From NCBI GenBank assembly GCA_002352055.1, contig DEHS01000088.1, forward strand, positions 23,151 to 80,029: DNA of 56,879 nt. Direction: 5' to 3'. This stretch comes from Legionellaceae bacterium UBA2794 (GTDB lineage: Bacteria; Pseudomonadota; Gammaproteobacteria; Legionellales; Legionellaceae). The stretch's first letter is position 1, and each line of letters opens with the position of its first letter. The notes beneath the pieces are model-generated. The model did no database searches. It saw only the letters and a program-made list of their open reading frames with translations, and was not told where the DNA came from. The position numbers and the translations under genes are program-made. This document shows positions 34,329 to 43,275 of this stretch, in pieces.

Positions 34329-36204
34329 CTTTGTTGCTGATATTATAAGTAAATCCTCCGTCTTAAAAGTTGGGATAGTTATTTCAGTTGAGGGAAGAAC
34401 TATAAAGGTTTTGGTTGACAGAGAAAAAAACACTTCTCATCTTTTTTATAAAGGGGAGCTTGTTAAGAGCATTGTAGTAGGAAGCTATGTAAAAATTACA
34501 AAAGGCTTTGAGGAACTTGTTGGTAAAATAGAAGGTGAATATATAGAAGAAGATAATTTTCAATCTAAAAAAAACTACAAAACTGATTTAGCCAAAATTA
34601 GACGTATATTGGTAATTAGTTTGCTTGGGTATTTTAATGTATCTACTTTTGAAAGAGGAATTAAAGAACTGCCATTGATTGACAATGAATGCTTCTTATT
34701 AGATGAAAAAGAATTTAGTAGAGTTCACCATTTTATAAAAGAAGATGATACCCCTATTCACATAGGTCAGCTTGCTCAAGAACGTGGAATGTCTGTAGAT
34801 CTTGGTGTTAATGGGCTTTTTGCAAGCCATGTTGGAATTTTTGGAAATACTGGAAGTGGGAAATCCTATACTCTTGCGAGCTTATACCATACACTTTTTC
34901 AACAATACAAAGATATGACTGGCTTTAAAAAGAATGCTGCATTTTTTCTTATCGATTTTAATGGAGAATATATTAATCTAGAGGACAAAAATAATGATAA
35001 TGTCATTACAGATGCTTCCTATAAATCCACATATAACCTATCCACCAAGAAAACGGGCAATAAACAATTTCCGATTAATAAAGACTTTTTAACTGATGTC
35101 TCTATCTGGAAGATAATCTTGGAGGCTACCGAAAAAACACAAACACCATTTATCAGTAGAGCTATCTTCAATGATTATCTTGACAACCAAATTGGCAATA
35201 AAGAATTATTTAATGAATACATCATTGATTTAGTAAATCGAATATTAGAATCAAATAATTATTTATATATTGAACTTCCCTCAAAGCTTCTATCTGATAT
35301 AAATCAGATCATAAATGCTAATTTATCAACTCTAATTAATAAATTTAGACAGCATTTAAATTATCACGGAAAAGAAAATAATAAATTTTATTTGAGAATA
35401 GATGGTTCTTCAATTTACTTTGACAAAGCAGAATTTAAAAGTACTATTAGCGCTTGGTTTAAAGATGTAGATTTATATGATCCTCAGTTAAGTAATATAA
35501 AAAAAATATGGCTAAAATTCATTTGTCAGTACTATCACGAAATAATAAGTGGATATTCTAATCAAGAGCATTTGGCCCCTTTGATTAAAAGAATGGAAAC
35601 TCGAATTCCCGAGCTTGAAAAGGTCATTTGTGTAACCAAGGAGGGCAAAAAAAATAACCAGGCTATTAATTTTACTATTATTTCTTTGAAAGATGTTAAT
35701 ACTCATATGAAAAAAATTTTACCACTAATTTTATGTAAACAGTTATATGAAGAAAAGAAAGCTAATTCCAATAAGTGCTCTTTTTTGAACATTATTATAG
35801 ATGAAGCACACAACATCCTATCGGAAGATTCACAAAGAGAAAGTGAGCAATGGAAAGACTATCGCTTAGAAACTTTTGAGGAAATAATTAAAGAAGGACG
35901 TAAATTTGGGGTATTTTTAACTATTGCAAGTCAACGACCTTCTGATATTTCACCTACAATTATCTCACAACTCCATAATTATTTTTTGCATCGTCTTATT
36001 AACAATAACGATATAAAAGCAATAGAGCGAACAGTGTCCTATTTAGACAAAGTATCTTTTGAATCCTTACCTATCTTACCCACAGGAACATGTATTCTTG
36101 CAGGGCTTGTTGCTCAAGTTCCGGTTGTAGTGGAAATAAAAAAAATTGATGCTAAATATAAGCCATTTAATCAAACTATTGTACCAACAAAATATTGGAA
36201 TTAA
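34309..36204 (+). CDS. herA: HerA-like (DUF87) hexameric ATPase
   Basis: N-terminal HAS-barrel-like VGIVISVEGRTIKVLV. Walker A GIFGNTGSGKSYT (~34841-34870). Walker B NIIIDEAHNIL (~35791-35820). TIASQRPSDIS. Overlaps the SIR2 gene by 20 nt (8 nt if the ATG at 34321 is used). Confidence 0.85.
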   Translation: MEKRMSNFVADIISKSSVLKVGIVISVEGRTIKVLVDREKNTSHLFYKGELVKSIVVGSYVKITKGFEELVGKIEGEYIEEDNFQSKKNYKTDLAKIRRILVISLLGYFNVSTFERGIKELPLIDNECFLLDEKEFSRVHHFIKEDDTPIHIGQLAQERGMSVDLGVNGLFASHVGIFGNTGSGKSYTLASLYHTLFQQYKDMTGFKKNAAFFLIDFNGEYINLEDKNNDNVITDASYKSTYNLSTKKTGNKQFPINKDFLTDVSIWKIILEATEKTQTPFISRAIFNDYLDNQIGNKELFNEYIIDLVNRILESNNYLYIELPSKLLSDINQIINANLSTLINKFRQHLNYHGKENNKFYLRIDGSSIYFDKAEFKSTISAWFKDVDLYDPQLSNIKKIWLKFICQYYHEIISGYSNQEHLAPLIKRMETRIPELEKVICVTKEGKKNNQAINFTIISLKDVNTHMKKILPLILCKQLYEEKKANSNKCSFLNIIIDEAHNILSEDSQRESEQWKDYRLETFEEIIKEGRKFGVFLTIASQRPSDISPTIISQLHNYFLHRLINNNDIKAIERTVSYLDKVSFESLPILPTGTCILAGLVAQVPVVVEIKKIDAKYKPFNQTIVPTKYWN

Positions 36205-36290
36205 TCAATGTCATTTTCCAGCAATGATGCTGTAATTTTCAAACGCTAAACCACTATAAAAAAACGATCCTAATTTTTATATAATCCGAG

Positions 36291-36829
36291 ATGAAGAGTA
36301 TGAGTATTTTTTTAGAAACAGAGCGACTAACTCTTAAAGTTCCCCAACTATTAGATTTAGAAAAGCTCATCGAGTTACGTGCTGATGCTGAAGTAATGAA
36401 ATACACAGGCGAAGGTGGGGCTCAAACCAAAGAACAAGTGCAAGACTATTTGAATTTCGCAATTTCTTATCAAAAAAACATGATATGGGATTTTGTTTAG
36501 TATTTGAAAAAGAAAGTGGGAACTTTGTTGGTGAAGCAGGCATATTTCATTTACTCTTTGATGACACCCAGCCTGAAATAGAAATCAACTATCATTTACA
36601 TAAAAAATTCTGGGGAAAAGGTTATGCTACTGAATTAGCCAAAGCTCTAATTGATTGGGGTTTTCAGCATTTATTAATTAATAAGATTGTTGCTGCCAGT
36701 TACCCAAAGCAAACCGCATCTCAAAGGGTATTGCAAAAATCAGGTTTTAATTTTAAGGGTAAAAAACTAACAAGCGATGGTTTGGAGTTATATTGGTACG
36801 AAATTCAAAAAAGGAAACCTCATGGATAA
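36291..36829 (+). pseudogene. GNAT (Acetyltransf_3) gene split by a 1-nt deletion in an A-run
   Basis: ORFs 36291-36500 and 36485-36829 are the two halves. With A8 instead of A7 at 36472-36478 the product reads ...NFAISYQKKHDMGFCLVFEKESGNFVGEAG... Confidence 0.7.
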
Positions 36830-37505
36830 ACCGCTAATCATGATAACAGGCGCAAGCTCAGGTCTCGGTGCCAGTACTGCAAAATTATTCTCGAGAGCGG
36901 GTTACCCACTTGCGTTATTTTCACGCAATCTTGCAAAGATGGAGCAACTTAATTTAAATAACGTTAAGTTATATGCGGTCGATGTTGCTGATAAAAATCA
37001 ATTAGATGAAGCAATACAAAATGTAAAAAACCAATATGGTTTTATTGATTGTCTTATTAATAATGCAGGAATTGCCATTGACGGAGATTTTACAGAAATA
37101 AGTGCTAGTGCAAGAGAAGAAATGGTAGACACTAATTTAAAAGGACTGATGAATACTATAGAACTGGTTTTGCCAGAGATGCAAGCTCATAAAAGAGGAA
37201 CAATTATCAATATAAGTTCTCTTTCTGATCGCAGAGCAAGACCTAATAATCCCGTTTATGCAGCGACAAAGGCTGCAGTGAGAAGTTTAACCGGGTCGCT
37301 ACGTATGGCCTATGCTTCCTCGGGCATTCGTTTTTGCAATATTGCACCTGCGAAAATTCACAGCCCTATGTGGGATGAACCCTATGATCCAGATTATTTT
37401 GTGAGTAGTGAAACTTTTGCTGAAACTTTGTTGTGGATTTATCAACAACCACAGAGTGTTTGCATACGCGATCTGGTGATCGCGCCTACTAATTATGAGC
37501 CATAA
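36822..37505 (+). CDS. short-chain dehydrogenase/reductase
   Basis: ATG at 36822 (MDKPLIMITGASSGLG). NNAG, YAATKAAV. Confidence 0.85.
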   Translation: MDKPLIMITGASSGLGASTAKLFSRAGYPLALFSRNLAKMEQLNLNNVKLYAVDVADKNQLDEAIQNVKNQYGFIDCLINNAGIAIDGDFTEISASAREEMVDTNLKGLMNTIELVLPEMQAHKRGTIINISSLSDRRARPNNPVYAATKAAVRSLTGSLRMAYASSGIRFCNIAPAKIHSPMWDEPYDPDYFVSSETFAETLLWIYQQPQSVCIRDLVIAPTNYEP

Positions 37506-37517
37506 AAAGAGAAACAT

Positions 37518-38510
37518 ATGCTACCTATTATTCCAAATAAACTTAAACAAGGCGATGAAATCCGAGTCATTGCCCCATCTAGAAGTTTAGCTATTATCAC
37601 TGAGCAGACAAGAAAAATAGCAAATCAGCGATTTGAAGATTTAGGGTTAAAATTAAGTTTTGGGCAACATGTGATTGAAAGTGACGTGTTTTATTCCAGT
37701 TCCATCAAGTCACGACTTCATGATTTACATGAGGCTTTTCATGATAAAAATATCAAAGCCATTTTCACAGTTCTAGGTGGTTACAATGTGAACCAATTGT
37801 TAGATGGAATTGATTACCAATTAATTGCATCAAATCCTAAAATACTTTGCGGTTATTCCGATATTACCGCGTTACAAAACGCTATTTATGCTAAAACGGG
37901 TCTTGTAACTTATTCAGGACCACATTATTCAAGCTTAGGCATGGAACAGGGCATAGACTGGTCTTTGGATTATTTAATAAAGTGCTTATTTAATGAGGCA
38001 CCTTATATTATAGAAGCAAGCACTCAATGGAGTGATGACGCTTGGTTTTTAGATCAAACAAATCGTCATTTTATGTCGAATGATGGCCATTGGATCATAC
38101 AACCAGGAGAAGCTAAAGGAACAATTCTCGGTGCTAATTTATGCACTTTGAATTTATTGCAAGGCTCGGCATTTATGCCTTCATTAGAAAATAGTATTTT
38201 GTTTTTAGAGGATGATGCGCTCACAGGAAATGAATCAGCAGTGATCTTTGATAGAGATTTACAATCTCTAATTCAGCAACCAGGTTTTGAAGGAGTTAAA
38301 GGTTTAATCATTGGTCGTTTTCAGAAAGCCTCACATATATGCTGTGATCTATTAAAAACCATTATTCAAAATAAAAAAGAATTAAGAAACATGCCCATCA
38401 TTGCTAATGTGGATTTTGGTCACACAGATCCTATGATTACTTTTCCGATTGGAGGAACAATACAGATTGAAGCAGCAGAGCAGACTAAGTTAACAATATT
38501 AAGTCATTAA
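37518..38510 (+). CDS. ldcA: S66 LD-carboxypeptidase (LdcA/MccF family)
   Basis: GGYN, nucleophile motif CGYSDITAL, LEDD, VDFGHTDP. Confidence 0.8.
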   Translation: MLPIIPNKLKQGDEIRVIAPSRSLAIITEQTRKIANQRFEDLGLKLSFGQHVIESDVFYSSSIKSRLHDLHEAFHDKNIKAIFTVLGGYNVNQLLDGIDYQLIASNPKILCGYSDITALQNAIYAKTGLVTYSGPHYSSLGMEQGIDWSLDYLIKCLFNEAPYIIEASTQWSDDAWFLDQTNRHFMSNDGHWIIQPGEAKGTILGANLCTLNLLQGSAFMPSLENSILFLEDDALTGNESAVIFDRDLQSLIQQPGFEGVKGLIIGRFQKASHICCDLLKTIIQNKKELRNMPIIANVDFGHTDPMITFPIGGTIQIEAAEQTKLTILSH

Positions 38511-38568
38511 ATTAGTCTAGAATCTAACTGCTGTTTTTGGCTAGAGGAAAAGCTATTCCAAATATTAT

Positions 38569-38778
38569 TTATTGATAAGCGCTGACGTCATTAACTTTTT
38601 GACTAATCCATTGCTCAATAATTGCAGAATCCCAAGATAAAACATATCCGTTTATTTTAAATGGTTTGGGAAATTGTCCATTGGTCCACCATCGGCGCAA
38701 AGTTAGTCTGTTACGACCAATGAGTTGTTCAACATCTTTGATGAATAGTATGCGTTGTTTAAATTCCTTAGATTGCAT
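38569..38778 (-). CDS. alpA: AlpA-family phage/island regulatory protein (excisionase-like HTH)
   Basis: RILFIKDVEQLIGRNRLTLRRWWTNGQFPKPFKINGYVLSWDSAIIEQWI. Confidence 0.85.
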   Translation of the reverse strand: MQSKEFKQRILFIKDVEQLIGRNRLTLRRWWTNGQFPKPFKINGYVLSWDSAIIEQWISQKVNDVSAYQ

Positions 38779-38811
38779 AATTTACTCCTTAAAAAATCAA
38801 ATCTATAAAAA

Positions 38812-38847
38812 TACTCGATACGTGCAATTATTAAATCATATCGAGTA
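38812..38847. promoter_or_regulatory. perfect 9-bp inverted repeat in the divergent alpA / peptide-gene promoter region
   Basis: TACTCGATA, 18 nt, then TATCGAGTA. It lies 34-69 nt upstream of the alpA start. Confidence 0.35.
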
Positions 38848-38947
38848 GTTTCATGCAATACCTTTATCATAAAGAGTAGGCTATACATTTATGCTGTTGG
38901 TCTATATAATAAGCAACAACACATTACAATCAGTAAGGAGAGTTAGC

Positions 38948-39097
38948 ATGATTTTATTGGATATAATAGAAAATGCGGTTGGTAATGAGTATTTAGGAGA
39001 TGCTGAGCACCTAGATATTTGTGTAGTAGAAGATTATCTAACTATGTCTTCAAATCAGTTAGATCAACCATCAACCAATAAGATTGTGAGTTTATAA
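38948..39097 (+). CDS. 49-aa acidic peptide, candidate split-borosin precursor
   Basis: ATG at 38948 preceded by AAGGAG at 7 nt. Its stop is 6 nt before the methyltransferase ATG. MILLDIIENAVGNEYLGDAEHLDICVVEDYLTMSSNQLDQPSTNKIVSL. Confidence 0.4.
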   Translation: MILLDIIENAVGNEYLGDAEHLDICVVEDYLTMSSNQLDQPSTNKIVSL

Positions 39098-39103
39098 CAT
39101 TCA

Positions 39104-39904
39104 ATGCCCAATCTTATTGTCGTAGGCTCTGGCATCAAATCCATTTCTCATTTAACAGAAGAAACCAAACGAGTGATTCAAAATTCGGATAAGGTTCTCT
39201 ATCTAGTCAATGAGAATAATTTAAAGGCATGGATTGAGAGAGAAGCTAAGTTTGCAGAATCTCTAGAGCCTATTTATTTTAATTCCCCCAAAAGAATTGA
39301 TGCTTATCACAACATTACCCAATGCATTATTAACGAATATGAACGAGTAAATAATTTATGTGTTGTTTTTTATGGACACCCGACAGTTTTTGCTTCTTCT
39401 GCCTTAACAGCGGTAGAAAAAGTCAAAGCGATGCGGGGGAATGCTATTATTTTACCCGCAGTATCTGCAATGGATTGTCTTTTTAGTGAGCTGCGAATCG
39501 ATCCGGGCGAGCGTGGTTGCTTTTCTATTGATGCAACAGAGCTGCTGCTTTATGAACGCGTTCTTGATATTTTTTCTCATGTAATTTTATGGCAGTTATT
39601 CAACTTGGGCATGCATGATCGACAATTTACCTCCAAATTATACATATTAGTTGACTACTTAAATAGCTATTATCCTATAGATCACCCAGTTTGCCTTTAC
39701 GAAGGTGCAATGCTTCCCACACAAAAATCGCGGGTAGAATGGATAAAATTAGAGCAATTAAAAAACGCAGAGATTAAACCTACCTCCACATTGTATATAA
39801 AGCCTGTAATACAAAAGCAAATAAGTACAAAATATCTTAAACTTTTGGAAATAAATATAGAGGATTACGTTTTATCTGCAGAGTTGAATACATCCTCTAA
39901 ATAA
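39104..39904 (+). CDS. borosin-type peptide alpha-N-methyltransferase (OphMA/SonM-like, TP_methylase fold)
   Basis: Motif-by-motif match to my recollection of OphMA. LIVVGSGIKSI (GTGIESI). YFNSPKRIDAY (YDNGKSRLNTY). VVFYGHPTVF (VFYGHPGVF). ILPAVSAMDCLFSELRIDPGERGC ([23 protein letters not shown]). SHVILWQ (SHLVLFQ). TLYIKP (TFYIPP). No fused core peptide. Confidence 0.75.
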   Translation: MPNLIVVGSGIKSISHLTEETKRVIQNSDKVLYLVNENNLKAWIEREAKFAESLEPIYFNSPKRIDAYHNITQCIINEYERVNNLCVVFYGHPTVFASSALTAVEKVKAMRGNAIILPAVSAMDCLFSELRIDPGERGCFSIDATELLLYERVLDIFSHVILWQLFNLGMHDRQFTSKLYILVDYLNSYYPIDHPVCLYEGAMLPTQKSRVEWIKLEQLKNAEIKPTSTLYIKPVIQKQISTKYLKLLEINIEDYVLSAELNTSSK

Positions 39905-41170
39905 TTTTGCGTCACTTGCAAATTCAGTGTCGTTATTGCAATGGGAAAATGCAAATCGTTTGTCTTTATCTAAAATTTCCGTTGAGTTGCTTATGTTATT
40001 TAATCCCTTAGATTGATAATGATAAAAGGACAATTTAGTTTCCTTGCTTACGTGGTAAAGGGGACTTCCATATGCATCGCCGTGGGTATCTGAAAATTCC
40101 TCTTGATAAGCCAGTAATACATTTTTCAATGTTTCAAGTTCAGTTAAAGTGCTATTGCTTTGATTGGTCTTAAATGTGTTTATTTTAGTAAAAGGGCATT
40201 GTAGAGGATAATAAATAGTATCGTGTTGTTTATCTAAACAGGAAGGGATCATTACAGTTGGGGTATATTCGAGCCCATAGCACTCATTATAAATTTTCTG
40301 TATCTCTTTTACTGGAAAATATTGTTCATCAGTTGCAGGTTTTACGCCTATCCCTGAACCCATACAAATATTAAAAATATATTTTGCTGTATCGATAATA
40401 TAGGGGGTAGGTCGAAAGCGATTAATTTTTTTTGCACTTAAGAATAAGTCGTAGTATGAGGCATCATAAGTATTTTGAGTTAATTTTTTCCTTAATGATT
40501 CTGAGAAATAAAGTTTTAATTCAATCCATTTTGGGTTGTATTTTACTTCACGAATAAATTCTTCGGTAAAATACAGAATTTGACTGTGCCATTTTGTTTT
40601 ACTGTGTTTATTGTGGAGTAGTGCTTTAAAAATCTGATAGTGCTCATAAGGTGATTTTGGCGCAGGATAGGAAATGTCAAAATATTTTTGAATTCTTCCG
40701 TGTCTTCTTGTGCAGCCAATATTAGGCAGTAGGAAAGAAGATAAGACTCCTGAAGAAACCGACAAGACATTGTTATCGACTGTATTTTCCTCATCAAAAA
40801 CAATTTGCATATTAAAAATGGCGCCGGGTCCTTGGATGCAATCTGGAAATAGTCGATTGTTTTCTCCGAAGTAATGCCATTCACAAAATTTATCCATAAT
40901 CATCCCCATAGGATGACTATTTTTTCCATAACCTAAATGGTGAAATATTTCATTATCGGTATGCTTACTGTTTATTTCTGCCAATTGGCCTGAATAGTTA
41001 GGTAGGTACACCTGGTTTTTAATACCAAAATGTTCACCAAATCTAAAATGTGCAAGAAAAAATGGAATCTTTTTGGGGTTTATTTTCTCTAAAACCTGAT
41101 ACAGCAAAGGATTTACTTTTTGAATGAGATGCTTGATTTCTTCCCATGAGACTTTTTTGATTTGGTTCAT
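39872..41170 (-). CDS. hypothetical 432-aa protein
   Basis: Long ORF, no motif recognised. Its 3' end overlaps the methyltransferase 3' end by 33 nt (convergent). Confidence 0.5.
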   Translation of the reverse strand: MNQIKKVSWEEIKHLIQKVNPLLYQVLEKINPKKIPFFLAHFRFGEHFGIKNQVYLPNYSGQLAEINSKHTDNEIFHHLGYGKNSHPMGMIMDKFCEWHYFGENNRLFPDCIQGPGAIFNMQIVFDEENTVDNNVLSVSSGVLSSFLLPNIGCTRRHGRIQKYFDISYPAPKSPYEHYQIFKALLHNKHSKTKWHSQILYFTEEFIREVKYNPKWIELKLYFSESLRKKLTQNTYDASYYDLFLSAKKINRFRPTPYIIDTAKYIFNICMGSGIGVKPATDEQYFPVKEIQKIYNECYGLEYTPTVMIPSCLDKQHDTIYYPLQCPFTKINTFKTNQSNSTLTELETLKNVLLAYQEEFSDTHGDAYGSPLYHVSKETKLSFYHYQSKGLNNISNSTEILDKDKRFAFSHCNNDTEFASDAKLFRGCIQLCR

Positions 41171-41259
41171 CCTAAACGCCTTAATTAAATCAACTCTACA
41201 TTTATGATTTTTATAAAATTAATTTAAATGTAAAAAAGAGTTAATCGTAACCAATTTTA

Positions 41260-42780
41260 ATGTTAGAGTCACCAGCTCAAATGAAATTAAGGAAGAAAAT
41301 GAGTTTTATGATGCAACGAATGCCTAAAGGAACTACCTCACTTTATTTTGCTCAAGCCTTCTCAACCTTTGCTTATGCAGTGCTGTATGCTTGTTTAACC
41401 CTGTATTTAACTAAACAACTTGGATTATCGAATACCGCTTCTAACAGTATTGTTGGATTATTTTTAGCATTTAATTATGTGCTACATTTGCTAGGTGGGA
41501 CCATCGGTGGGAGTTATTTGAGTAATCGATCGCTAATTATTGTGACCACCATAATACAAAGTATTGGAATTGTGTTATTAGCATGGTCTGAGAAAAATTT
41601 GCTCTACACGGGGCTGAGTTTATTTTTAATAGGGTCCGGATTAAACACCACTTGCTGTAATTCTTTATTGACCCAACTTTTTCCATCAGATGATAGCCGG
41701 AAAGATAAAGCATTCTTTTGGAGCTACTCGGCAATGAATGTTGGTTTTTTTGCTGGCTATATTGTGAGCGGACTCTTTGACTATAAAAACCAGTATCAAC
41801 AATTATTTTATGCAAGTGCAGTAATTAATATGCTCACTGTGGTTTTTATTTTGTATCGATGGAAAGAGTTCAAGGATCATGACACATTCTTGGCAACATT
41901 AAAAAATCAAACTCAAAAACAAATCAAGAATTATTTGGGTGTTGTAGGAATATTAATTTTAGTTCCTATTTTGATACTCTGTTTTCATGATGCAAATTTA
42001 AGTAATTATTTGGTTATTTTAATCAGCATTTTCATGTTTTTTGTGATCTTGGCTCTAGGATTACGGCAAAAACTAAAGAGTGATCAGAAAAAGATTATGG
42101 TTTATCTCGTTTTAACGGTAACTTCCATTGTGTTTTGGATGATTTATTATACTGGGCCTATGGGTGTGACTTTATTTATTAAAAACAACGTAGACAAACA
42201 TTTCCTCAATTATGAAGTGCCAACCCAGTGGATCTTGAATATTAATACCATACTCATTATTGCTGGTGCACCCTTGTTATCCATGTTAATTAATAAATTA
42301 CAATCCGAAGGTTTTAAAGTTTCTGTTACCAAACAGTTTGTATGCGCCTTTTTTGCTTTAGCACTTTCATTTCTGTTTCTCACTGCTGCAGTAATATTTT
42401 CAAATGGGGATGGGTATTGCAGCTTAATTTGGATTGTATTGCATTATGCAGCGCAATCGATTGCTGAATTACTTATAGGTCCAGTTGGTTATGCGATGAT
42501 AGGACGTATTGCACCAGCAAAATTGCATGGTATTTTAATGGGAACCTGGATGATGGTATCTGGCGTTTCCGCATCCTTATCCCAATTATTTTCTAATAAT
42601 ATGGTTAAAACAGAGTCATCAGTTCCTTTAGTAACAAATCCAGATTATTTGTCAGTGTTTAACCAATTATGCCTTTGGGCTCTATTTGGAGGAATATTTT
42701 TATATTTGGTCTCTAGTAAAATTGGATCATGGGTTGATGGTAAAAATAAACAACAAAGTGCTGCGCTTGATGCGACCTAA
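41260..42780 (+). CDS. POT/PTR2-family (MFS) oligopeptide transporter
   Basis: About 12-14 hydrophobic segments. GGTIGGSYLSNR and PTR2-type FFWSYSAMNVGFFAG motifs. Confidence 0.8.
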   Translation: MLESPAQMKLRKKMSFMMQRMPKGTTSLYFAQAFSTFAYAVLYACLTLYLTKQLGLSNTASNSIVGLFLAFNYVLHLLGGTIGGSYLSNRSLIIVTTIIQSIGIVLLAWSEKNLLYTGLSLFLIGSGLNTTCCNSLLTQLFPSDDSRKDKAFFWSYSAMNVGFFAGYIVSGLFDYKNQYQQLFYASAVINMLTVVFILYRWKEFKDHDTFLATLKNQTQKQIKNYLGVVGILILVPILILCFHDANLSNYLVILISIFMFFVILALGLRQKLKSDQKKIMVYLVLTVTSIVFWMIYYTGPMGVTLFIKNNVDKHFLNYEVPTQWILNINTILIIAGAPLLSMLINKLQSEGFKVSVTKQFVCAFFALALSFLFLTAAVIFSNGDGYCSLIWIVLHYAAQSIAELLIGPVGYAMIGRIAPAKLHGILMGTWMMVSGVSASLSQLFSNNMVKTESSVPLVTNPDYLSVFNQLCLWALFGGIFLYLVSSKIGSWVDGKNKQQSAALDAT

Positions 42781-42926
42781 TAATAAATAATTTTGATGAT
42801 GCTAAATAATCCGAATTGCATTTTATCCTTGGTATTTTCAGAGAAAAAATACTAATTTTTTCCGCATAGGGTTTATGTTTAACTCTGTGTTAGGGAAGAA
42901 ATCCTTTGTATTATAAGGGGTAGTGT

Positions 42927-43169
42927 ATGGACTGTTTAGCAGATACTTTTGTATCTGATTCTGTTTTAAATTTTAAATGTAAAAAAGAATCGCAAAAATA
43001 TTTAATCGAGTTTATGTTAAAGTGTGGCAGCTATGATTTGCAAGATTTAGCTGAGTTATTGGATGTAAATGTGCTTCAGCTAAGTGATGTGCTTTGTGGA
43101 AAAAGTTATTTAAACACTGACGTTTCGAAAAATCTGGTTAATTGGTTTGTGTTGTTACTGCGGGAATAA
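42927..43169 (+). CDS. hypothetical small protein (possible HTH)
   Basis: 80-aa ORF. DLAELLDVNVLQLSDVLCGKSYL is HTH-like. Confidence 0.35.
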   Translation: MDCLADTFVSDSVLNFKCKKESQKYLIEFMLKCGSYDLQDLAELLDVNVLQLSDVLCGKSYLNTDVSKNLVNWFVLLLRE

Positions 43170-43275
43170 TAGTCTCTTAACAATCCATCAGGAATGAATT
43201 CTAAATTATTATTATCCAAATTAAGGGTATCATTGAATAGTTTATTTTTTAGCATGGGCCCGTGTTATATCTGTA

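Noticed and set aside
40543-40884. 113-aa same-strand alternative-frame ORF within 39872-41170. Similar nested ORFs occur at 25458-25787, 25487-25681, 28899-29096, 33389-33574, 35512-35706, 41537-41815, 44562-44795, 45930-46124, 48060-48440, 49831-50232, 50557-50757, 54209-54433, 54685-54873 and 55457-55759.
   Set aside because: They are nested in longer ORFs that carry recognisable family motifs or better coding continuity. I treat them as frame shadows.
42781-42926. AT-only stem GAAAAAAT-ACTA-ATTTTTTC downstream of the POT transporter gene, considered as a terminator.
   Set aside because: The stem is entirely A/T and too weak to call a rho-independent terminator with confidence.
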